Positions 31,801 to 41,500 of a DNA stretch of 64,000 bases are shown here, piece by piece. Source of the DNA: a virus; IMG/VR virus record IMGVR_UViG_3300029309_000001, positions 32,001 through 96,000 of that record; one strand, written 5' to 3'. The notes below the pieces were generated by a model. That model was given only the letters and a program-made list of their open reading frames with translations, was not told the DNA's origin and did not search any database. Position numbers and translations under genes: made by a program. Numbering within the stretch: position 1 is the first letter of the stretch; each line of letters starts with the position of its first letter.

Positions 31801-34800
31801 AATCTTTTCCAAAAACTTTATTAATATCTTTTTTAAGTTGTTTTTCAGTATTTTTATTTAATATACTTTGATACCTTTTTGGATAAGCAGATGGATTACT
31901 AATAGCAGTTACATCATCAGGATTATATCCTTGATTTGTTAAAAAATTATTTCTAATTTCTTCTATTTTATTTTTTTGTTCTTGAAAACCTCCTGAAATT
32001 TCTATTGTGTTACCATCTGGTTGTTTATAAGTAACAATCATTTTTTTAGGATTAGTTTTATCAAAAGTAAAAGGTCCTAAAGTTTCTTTACCTACAGCAT
32101 CTGATTTAATTAAATTACCAAGTGTTTGATCTACTTCACTAAGAAAATCATTCCAACTATGACCAGTCCAATTATATTCTGTATATAAAGGATTGGGTGC
32201 TCCAAATTTATCTGCAGTATATCCTTGAGTTTTTGCAACTGTTGAAGATAATGGTAAATGTAAATAATCTTTACCACTTTTTGCTGAATAATCTGCAAGT
32301 TCAGATAATAATATTTGTTGAGGATTTTTTCTAAATTCTTTTAAATTTAATTCTACTTCAGATGGATTATTTAATTCATCTAATTCTTTTTTATTTTGTT
32401 CCTTTATTTCTTTATTTTGTTTTTTACTTTTATTTATTAAATTTTCTTCATATTTTATTTTTGAGTCAACAAATGATTTAAATGCAGGATGTTGTGCTAT
32501 TTCTAATTGTAATTCTTTTGATATATTAGGTGCATTTACATTACTTCTCATAATTGAATTAAACTCTTCATTATTAAAAAAGTTATGATTAGATATATCT
32601 ACAGATGTTTGATAATCTTTATCTGATACATTTGGACCACGGTATTCTGCATTTGCACGTATTGAAGGTGATGATCGTATAAAGTCACGTATTGTTCCTA
32701 TTAAGTGTTGATTTGTCCAATGCATGCCATCTTCTGTTTCTAACATAGCATCTATAAAATGATAAGCTTCTTCAGGATTTGTATCTACATCTTTGATATA
32801 ATTTAAAACATAATTATAATTTTCTATTTTTCTTAAATGTCCGTCATAATTTACTGGATTTTCTTTACTTAAATAATCTTTTCGGTTTTGAAGATTTTTA
32901 TTATATTTTTGAGCATAATCAGATTGTTTTTCTACTGAAATAGTTGCATCAGGAAACTCATCACTAAAGGCAACTCTATTATGTCCTAATACAAGTTTAT
33001 CTGTTAAATTTTTTCCAAAATGTGCAGAACCTGTAGTTTTACTATAATCAGTTACACCTGCATCATCTATAGTTGTTAATAAAAGATTTCCTCTTGCAGA
33101 ATTGTCACCTTTAAAAATATTAGATTCATCTCCTTGCCAATAAGTTGTAAAGTTAGAAGTAGGAGATTGTAATGATGTATACATTGTTGGAAATAATAAT
33201 GTAGGATTTAATGATTGTTGAACTTCATCTGCAAATGCATTATAATTAATTGCACCTCTACCTCTATTATTTTGCATCATTGTTTCATAAACTCCTAACA
33301 TTTTTCCTCTGTCATATCTTTCTTGAGGAGATAAACCTTTAATTTTTTGAAGATATTGTAAAAATAAATTATTGTTTATATCCCCTTTATTATCTATTAT
33401 TTTAGTAAGTTCACTATCATTTATAATTGTAGGTAATTGAATATTAGAAGATTGAAGTGGAATTTGCTGGCTTGCTATATAATCTTGCCAATTTGCATAA
33501 GGCCAATTTTGTCTTAACACTGTATTAAATTGTCCCATTGATCCTGTTGGTTTATTAGTAAATAATGATGGGTTTCTTGTTGATCTATAATTTAAATTAA
33601 GTGTATTTTTAGATGGTGAAAAAAAACTTTTAACACCTTGATATAAAGTTTTATACTTTGGATCAAATGGATTATACCATTGAGCTTTTGGTAACTGACC
33701 ACCGTCTCTAGACATAAAATTAGATTGTCCAAAATCATCTACTATTTCAAAAGGATTATCAGTCCCTTGAGGAGTTTGTTGTGCAACATTATCCATAAGC
33801 CATATAATATCTTCATCTGAAAAGTTTTTAAATAATCTATTATAACCATGCTTTTCTTTCATCTTTTTTAAATCCTCTTCTGTAAATTTTTTATAATCCC
33901 CTGAACTATCATATATACCTGATTTATCTGCTTGGTATCTAAATTCTATTAAATCAGATCTAACTTCTGATGGATCTGCATTATGAAATCCTGGTGTTGT
34001 ACTATAATTTCTATCTAACCACCGTTTAATTTCATTAGGGTTTTCTGTCATGTATTGTTGTTCATCTTCTGATAATTGATTCCATACATTTTGAAATGCT
34101 TTATTTCTTTTATTTATTTTAGCTTGTAAATTTTGATCTCCTACAAAAAATCCACCTTCAGTATGTCCTAATTCATGAGCCATAATATCTTTCTGTTGTT
34201 CCTCAGTAAAAGGACCAATATAATTATTTATTGGATCTATAGTAATTGAACTTCTAGTTTTAGTAGAATATCCCTTCTTATGTTTATGTTGTCCAAGTGA
34301 TCCAGTAAACTTTTCTTCTATAGAAGGTCCTAGAATAATTGGCTCATCTAATGGTTCAAGCCATATAGAATCTTCATGCTGCATTCTATAAGGATAATCA
34401 TCTATATATTGTAGACCTTGTTTTGTTCCTGATTTAAAAAAACGATTAGTCCAGCCTGGTTTATCAGAATTATCAATTATTTTGTTTTTTAAATGATCAA
34501 AAGTATTACCTTTTAAATATGACCCATACCAATCTACTACAGGTTGATATTTATTTGCTATTGCCATCTCTTCATCAGTAAGTGTATTTGGTAATACTTC
34601 TCCAGTAGATTGATAATTAGGTATATTAAATTGTTCAGCTATTGAATTTTCAATTGAGTCAGCTTGATTAGCTAAAATTAACGCTTTACTAAATTCATCA
34701 AATTCTGGTGAGTTAAGTAACACTCCTTCTTTAGGAGGTTTTTTACCAAGTAATATTTCATATACTTGTATGTCATCTTTATTCATTTCTAGTATATCTG

Positions 34801-35527
34801 GTATATTAGAAAAATGTGTGCCACTTAAAGTAGAACCTCTACCAGTTTCTAATGGTGTAAACATGTTTACTAAAGGAAGGAATTTTGAAAGAGTTTTTCC
34901 TAAAAGTGGTTTTATAGCTTGCAATGCAGTTCTTATACCTAATTGATCAGTATTATCTTCAGAATCTTCTCCCCCATGTTTTTTCTTTTTTAAATTTGGA
35001 GTTTTATAACCTCCTTTAGCAAAAGCATCAGCTTCTTCTTCAGAATTAAAATAATAAACCTCTCCTCTTTCTAACGCCATTTTAAAAGCATCTTGTTCTT
35101 GACCTTTTTGAAACTCTGTCCATGATGTAGGATCTGGAGTTTCTTGTCCTTCTACAGTAGGATATAACATTGGTATAACCATATAAATAGGACTACCATC
35201 ATCATCTGTCATTTCAATAGTAGTCATAAGATGTGTAGATACATTTCCCATTTGTTTATTATAATTAGGAAGTAATTTATTATCTCTTTCTGTTCTTCTT
35301 TGTTTTACTTTATTTGTTGGTTTGTCTTGAACAGGTTGTTCAAATACCATGTTACCTGGAAACTTATAATTAAAACCAGGTTGCATTAATTGTTGATTAC
35401 CAAAATTATCTGTACCCATAACTGGAAAGTCTACACCTTTCATAGTTATATCTCCAGATGGTATAATATTATAAGGATTATTTACATCCTTACTATTTCT
35501 TTTATATCCGTCTTTACTTAATTTCAT
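28847..35527 (-). CDS. Polyvalent virion protein: two zincin metallopeptidase-like domains, a polyvalent-protein-type domain and a C-terminal lysozyme/lytic-transglycosylase-like domain
   Basis: 2226 aa. MAHELGH (34163-34177) with downstream EVRSDL; RHEDQH (30803-30817) with EPTAH; HF...GHNR...VEKQSD; AYAESLNG...STATGLYGQ (catalytic-Glu/SLT-like motif, ~29340-29405). The start overlaps the upstream stop (TAATG). Confidence 0.7.
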   Translation of the reverse strand: MKLSKDGYKRNSKDVNNPYNIIPSGDITMKGVDFPVMGTDNFGNQQLMQPGFNYKFPGNMVFEQPVQDKPTNKVKQRRTERDNKLLPNYNKQMGNVSTHLMTTIEMTDDDGSPIYMVIPMLYPTVEGQETPDPTSWTEFQKGQEQDAFKMALERGEVYYFNSEEEADAFAKGGYKTPNLKKKKHGGEDSEDNTDQLGIRTALQAIKPLLGKTLSKFLPLVNMFTPLETGRGSTLSGTHFSNIPDILEMNKDDIQVYEILLGKKPPKEGVLLNSPEFDEFSKALILANQADSIENSIAEQFNIPNYQSTGEVLPNTLTDEEMAIANKYQPVVDWYGSYLKGNTFDHLKNKIIDNSDKPGWTNRFFKSGTKQGLQYIDDYPYRMQHEDSIWLEPLDEPIILGPSIEEKFTGSLGQHKHKKGYSTKTRSSITIDPINNYIGPFTEEQQKDIMAHELGHTEGGFFVGDQNLQAKINKRNKAFQNVWNQLSEDEQQYMTENPNEIKRWLDRNYSTTPGFHNADPSEVRSDLIEFRYQADKSGIYDSSGDYKKFTEEDLKKMKEKHGYNRLFKNFSDEDIIWLMDNVAQQTPQGTDNPFEIVDDFGQSNFMSRDGGQLPKAQWYNPFDPKYKTLYQGVKSFFSPSKNTLNLNYRSTRNPSLFTNKPTGSMGQFNTVLRQNWPYANWQDYIASQQIPLQSSNIQLPTIINDSELTKIIDNKGDINNNLFLQYLQKIKGLSPQERYDRGKMLGVYETMMQNNRGRGAINYNAFADEVQQSLNPTLLFPTMYTSLQSPTSNFTTYWQGDESNIFKGDNSARGNLLLTTIDDAGVTDYSKTTGSAHFGKNLTDKLVLGHNRVAFSDEFPDATISVEKQSDYAQKYNKNLQNRKDYLSKENPVNYDGHLRKIENYNYVLNYIKDVDTNPEEAYHFIDAMLETEDGMHWTNQHLIGTIRDFIRSSPSIRANAEYRGPNVSDKDYQTSVDISNHNFFNNEEFNSIMRSNVNAPNISKELQLEIAQHPAFKSFVDSKIKYEENLINKSKKQNKEIKEQNKKELDELNNPSEVELNLKEFRKNPQQILLSELADYSAKSGKDYLHLPLSSTVAKTQGYTADKFGAPNPLYTEYNWTGHSWNDFLSEVDQTLGNLIKSDAVGKETLGPFTFDKTNPKKMIVTYKQPDGNTIEISGGFQEQKNKIEEIRNNFLTNQGYNPDDVTAISNPSAYPKRYQSILNKNTEKQLKKDINKVFGKDYPYEIITDQKGNQYIRVKVPDSYLSKYNLDIESPGIIPIKGKDLYKLGGSLPKAQYKDLFNPAKIKKTIQTVKDTKDYLRSYLPTWLGGTSKNISNVGKDYYNAQPGYFQNYHGLTGNTFTDIVDQSKKDLAFFKDDLDDDLIRIHNEAIGREARGNVNYNAFEDLYGTGEVGTPTTSLFEDFSMVQPLDLKSLIYNPEYISTLQMGKPVLGAGSHSMDVKDMSKSLTGNTSYLNIRNDILERMNTTEGRRRIKENYLGPNASDTDVDKFIATYKQIPIINNFNSYGPDDSPYFFSGENYNQLEKGILPFVSMNTNALPENWLRNIFRHEDQHALDYVGKLIRNSGNTEKNVFGFGSTTIPITDDATKIFDQRLGAANTNWFSPNLKFVDDGGLTSSALLKNQMLIDDGYSLWGNADKGFGVRNKETQDYMTEPIKTVTPKKTNSPSFESPGTLYIEPTAHVAELQQYLLDNKYISDAYDNITGDLISKVRADNAKLLPGTDYDGYVMRILDQTKDTKQNNKLIANLLNKMLTGVPITAATLEGLELNNLEEKKTGGSIKDKYNKRLPKFQMQGQNNPGWLANRLYKSVTPIGYNMDQAMVEMLYGEKQPFMWDGVETSFDDFQNHPRFKDNPNAGEYIKNASEDLWGMYLGFDQKHNTVSKSKFKPTLGVEDDKSVYYSFNNVDDIMDDIIERGITKDASKDKWQINDSAAGGFNLSNYQISRGMDDERELPYYAYYDEYDFDIPTGLGFNIEGESIVGKPFDIYGRIYYHPDTKELIPPSELDANWVDFEKLKQGVAYAESLNGELMINPESTATGLYGQRFSEISTMYDGSRQDFANDIEAQNKYFENRYRGKLEGVKGLRESGIDLYKIYSKQIPSFPYTTTEVAALVNFLGRQGTREYLGYVLRDGNSLESVFPDKYGVNAGQANKTPQEYIEKFNEGITKKQMGGEVDKVTDRLIKKYENGDKLTPAGTKHLKSLGMI

Positions 35528-38500
35528 TATCTAAAAGATATATTCATTTTACTGTTATTTAACTTAAGTAACATTTTTCTATCACCTGAAACATTCTTTC
35601 TTAGAACTAACATGTTATAGTAATGTCTAAACTTCTTTCTTTGTAACTCTGCTTTGTTATAATTAAGATTTGCTTGATTTAAATCTTTTATATAACCATT
35701 TAATCTTGTAATCCAAATAGATCTTTCTATACCACTAAACTCACCTCTATCATCTGTAATATCCCAGAATTGATTAAATCTATATTTTTGCTCTTCCTTA
35801 GAATATAAAATTTGTATATCAGTAGGAGGATTAATTATAGGATATTGATTTAACAAAGGTACATTATTTTTAGGAGATAGATCTAAAGTAAGTAGACCAG
35901 ATACTTGTTCTGAATTAAATATAACTGCTTCATCAAAATTCCAATCTAAATCATGCCATTTATCTGTACCTATTAATTGTTGAGGTCTTGGTAAATTAAA
36001 GTTTTTATAAACATAAGATTCCATTTGATATTCAACACTTCTTAATGTATTTACTACTTGACCTGAGTTTTCAATTAATGTAATTTCCCATGGATAATCT
36101 TGACCATAGAAGTTTGCATATAAATCATTTCTTGCATTATGTTTCCATATACCACCTACTTCATAATTTGCAGGTACACATTGTTGATATTCATAATTAC
36201 ATATTAAAGGATTTGGATTTATATAACCTGGTGTTCCTGCTAAAAATAAATCATCACATTGAGTACCAGGCTCAAACCAAGTTGTTGCTTGAGATGGATC
36301 AGGCACAGGTATAGGAGGACACTCACATAAAACTCTTTTACATATTGGTGGATTAAATGAACTACAAACTTGACCTGCAGGTACTTCTGTATAACCAGGT
36401 GGACATTCACAAGATACACACTGTGGTAAAGGTGCACTTGGATCTGGATCACATGGTATAGTAGCAGGCGTATCAGGAACAGTATTAGGTGGACAATTAC
36501 AACTTACTAATGAATCAACTATAAGCTGTGCTACATCACCATAATTACTTGCATCAACTGCAAAATGATTAACATTACAAACAGAAGGACCTTGATTACC
36601 ATTAAATCCTCTTGGCGGCATACAATTAATAGTATTTTCCCATGCATTACCACAAGCAGGAGCATTACCTGATGCAAATACAGCATATACTTCTACATTA
36701 GGAGGAAAATTAGCTGTATTTTGACATGCAACATCAGCATCTGTAATAAAAATAGCAACTTGTCTAGTTGCAGTAGATGCACCTAACATACTAGCATCAT
36801 TAAGTCTATTTAAAGCTGCTTGATAAGTTGTAGCTGCTCCATTTGCATTATTAGGAATAGCAGTAACATCAGCAGTTACAGTTGCTGCATTTCCGTTAAG
36901 AGGTGAAACAATATAATCTGAAGGATTTCCACCTGCTGTATTATTATTAGACCAATTTGCTACACCAACTTGTACATTATTTGTACCTGCAGAACCACCA
37001 TCCATTCCACCAGATAATAAAGTAATGCAAGTATTTATAAATTGTTTTTGAAATACTTGTGTATTATTAGCTGCAGGTCTAGTTGATCCAGAATAATCAT
37101 TTAAAAAGAATACATCTAAATCTTCACTAAATGCAGATCTTTCTGTATCTACTGAAGTTACTATACTTTCTGTAAAATCTATTTCAACAAATGCTGGATC
37201 TGAGTCAGTAACAGTAATACAACATTCACCAACGCTAGGATCAAATGAATATCCTGGAGGACATTGTGGTATTTCAGTAGTTACAGTTTTAGATGTCATG
37301 AAATGATTAATACTATTGAATGTTAATTCAGGGTGCCAATCATGGAATGAGATCCAAGCTTTTGCTTTTGGATCATAACTAACTGTCCAAGAAACATCTT
37401 GGAAATATGTTGGGTTATCTAATTGAAAAGGTATGTAAGTCAATACATCTTCATATATAGGATCTACTTGTTCAAAGCAATCACATTCTTCTGTTACAAA
37501 GTTATATGAACAATTAGGTCCACACTCAGGTGTTACACCTGGGCATATTGCTTCTGCTAGATCAGCAACAATACCTGGTATATTATCAAATTGAAAATTT
37601 CCAGCCATAAATGGATTTGGATCTCCTGTCATAAAATCATTACCTGCCATTGCTTGTGCATAATCTAATTGATCTTGTGTAGGTACATTATTATTTCTTA
37701 ACCATCCTGGAATTATTTCTAATTGTCCAATAAAATTAGGATTTGCTGAATCTTGATATTGAGGATTTACATGAACATTAGCTTGTAACCATTGTATAAT
37801 ATCATCATCAAATCCTTGTGATGCAAATGAAGCATGAGAGTTACCACCTAAATTTACCATAGGTGGAGTTACAGGCACAGCTACATGTGGAGCATTAATA
37901 GCTGATTGTGCGCCTGCTCCTGGTGGACAAGTAGGACAACACATAGGAGGGCTTGTTAATTGGTTTGGTCTATTTACAAACCAAAATGGATTAGGTGCTG
38001 GAAAAGGATAACAAGTATTATTAACATTTGCAACACTAGAAAAACCATCATATAAGAAAACAAGTTTTTTAGGAATACCAACTCTTGCATTTGCAGGATT
38101 AAATAATTCATTTATACCAGACCATAATCCATCAGCTACATTTGTACCTTGTCGTATAGTTTGACCTGTTCCAACATTATAACTATTTATCCAACCTCCC
38201 ATAATACCAGAAGGATTTGTTGGAGTAACAGCAGAAGGATCTGTTTGAGAAATTAAATTATCATTAAATGTTAATCCTTGCGGAGTAGCTAATGCATCAT
38301 TTATATTACCTGGTTGTACATCTATTGGTAATTGACTATATACACCATCCCAAGCACGTGTACCAAAAGCCATAATCCCCATTTTTGTGAAACCTAGATC
38401 CATGCTATTTCTAAATGCATTAGTTAAACCTGTAACTAAATTTCTCATTGATGCTACATTATTTTGAGTATTTACAGAAGCAGAAGCATCTGTTACAATC

Positions 38501-41500
38501 ATAATATCAAATTCACATGGTGGAGCAGGTGGACCAAATGGAACATCTGTATAAGATTTTTCACACATTTGTGTTGCTGGATTATATGTAAATCCATCAG
38601 GGCATGTTATGTTTTGTGCAACACCACTACATGCTGTTTCATTATAATAGAATCCATCACATGGTACATACTCAATACATGGAGAGTTTGTATATTGTTC
38701 TGATACATTCCAATCTCTTTTAGAAAAATAAACTATGTCATTATTAGTATCATATACAGTTTGACAACCAGCTGCTGTTACAGGGTTATCAATTATTTGA
38801 GGGCAATCTTCTATCTCAGGAAATGCAGCTAATAATTGAGATGGTAAATATTTATTAAACCACCACTTCATTCCTGTATTAGTTATATTAATTAAACCTT
38901 GACCTGATGTTTGAAATATTTTTCCTTGTTCTTGAGATATATAAAATAATCCCATTGGTGTATTTAAAACTCCTCTTGAACTTTCAGATGAACCATATTC
39001 ATGAGATACATCAGAGTTTACTACTTCTCTAAAGTTTCTATCTACAAATAAACCTCCGTCACCAACAGTTATTTTTGTTCCTGCATCTGTAGTTAATTGA
39101 TCATTACCTGTAAATATTTTTGGTGACATTCTAGGAAATAATACCATAGCACCATAACCACTTATAGGTTTAATAGTATTAATTGTATCTTTAAATTCTT
39201 TATAGTTTAATGGAAGGAACACTCTCCAAAAATCTTTCTTTGCTTCTTTTTTTGCTTGTAAAGAATATATTAAACGTTTTTCATATGTAGTATAACAAGT
39301 TTCTGCTACTAATGGATCATAATATCTAGGTTGTATATTACCAAAAGATGTTGTTCTAGTAATAAATTGATCTATACTTAATGCTTTGTCATACTTATAG
39401 AAGTTACCTTTTTTAATATGATCAACGTGGAATAGACTTGTAAGATCAGAATACTCTAATCTATCATAATGTCTTTTTTCCATATCTTCACCCCAATCTC
39501 TAAAGGCTAAGTTTATTTCTGATTCTACAAAAAAGTCATTTACACCATTACAATGTAAATACATAAAACCTTCAGTTATATGAAATAAATTACCTCTTCC
39601 TCCAGTAGCACCAAAAAATCCAAGAGTACCTAAAGCATTAAGATCTCTATCTAAATAATAATAATCATTAGGCATTGCATTTTGAAAAGTATTTGCACCA
39701 CCAAATAACCAACCCATACCTCCAATAGCTTTTGTTAATTCATCTAATCTATATTGTTCTGTATTCATCCAATACGTAGGAAATGGTACATTAGGATATT
39801 TTCTATAATCAAATACAAAACCATCTCTTTCATTATCATCTAAATAATCCCAGAAAAAAGGCATAATAGCTTTTTCTGTATATCTATTTATATATACATC
39901 ACCTCCAAATAATGGTTGTTGTGTATTAAATCTTGTTAATGTAGAAATAATAGGATTACCACTTGCATCAGTTGGTAGTTGATCAGCAAAAAATTCTACA
40001 CATCCACGCATTGGTATTTGTCTTATACTATCTAATTGACCATATTGATTATCAATGTTAAATTTCATAGCACAATAATGTGCTGCAATATTTGTTGTAC
40101 TAGGACTTCCAGGATTAGTATGATCTGCTATACCTGCTCCAGCTGGTACAGTTCCAATTGTAAACTTTGAATTATCATTAAAACCTAATTGTGCTGGATT
40201 TTGTAATCCTGCACCATCAAGATTTACAGCTACAGTTGTAGGTCTATTTAAATTATTAATTCTAATATTAGCATTAAGTTGAGATATACTACCTTTTAAA
40301 TATCTTGCAGTATCTATAGAATGTCTAAATACAGTACCTCCTGGTAATTGATTCATATTTCTATACCAACCATGACTGTTATATTTCATGGCAAAATCTT
40401 GAAAACTACAAAGATTATAAATTAAATCTATAATTTCCTGACCACCAGTAGCAACATAATTTAAAAAAGTTTGAGCTCCTCCTAATAGACCAATAATTCC
40501 AGGTGTTTGAGTAAATCTACTTCCTTTATAAATTCTTTCTGCTTTTGGTCCTATTGTACCTGCTGTATTCCAACGTGTATTTTGTGCTAAATTTATTGCT
40601 CCTTGATCTGCTGCTTGAGCAGCACTACCAAAAGCTCCTCCTCCTACTATTAAAGCTGCATCACCTAAAGTTCTACCAGTTCCCATACCAGGTGTTCCTC
40701 CTGTTGCATTAGTTCTATCAGTAATAGCACCACTTGTTAACCAATTACCATTACCCCCAGCCCAACCTGAAGCATGAGGAGCAGCTCCAGTTTGACCTCC
40801 ACTTCTTGCAGTAGTAGTTTCATTAAAACTAGGACTTGTTGCATTAGCAGTAGCTGACCATCCATTAGCAAATGCATTACCTGGTGTCATAACTATATTA
40901 GTACTATTTCCAGTTTGTGCTTGCCCTCTTTCTTGACCCATATTATAAGACTGACCAGTTGTTATTTTTCTATCAATTGGTCCTCTCATTTCATACATTG
41001 CATATCCTATACCTATAAAAGCTGCTAAGATAGCTGTTGAATTACGTAATAATTTTTCACCTGGATGCTTTTCAGATTTTTGAAATCTTCCTTTAGCATT
41101 ACCTGTTAATACACCATATGATTTTAATTCATATGCATTTAAAAATGGTCTATTAAACATTAATTCAGGTGAATGAAATGTATGTACATTATTTGAAAAT
41201 GTATTAATTTGACCACCAAAATTACCTGTATGAGGACCAAGATCTGTTCCTTGTAACCAGTTTTGCATACCAGTACCCCAGCTTTGAATTGAAACAGTTC
41301 CTGTTGGATCTGTAGGTGTTCCAAGATTTCCAGGTGATCTTAAATATGGATCTGCTCCTAGATCATTAAATGGATAGTTAGGTATAAAGAATTGTGTTGT
41401 ACCATCTCCTGATGCTGTTTCTGTAGGAGCATAAGCTTCCATATTTTTTAATATACCTTTTCCTAATATAGATTTATTACCTTCCCGTGTTCCTACTAAA

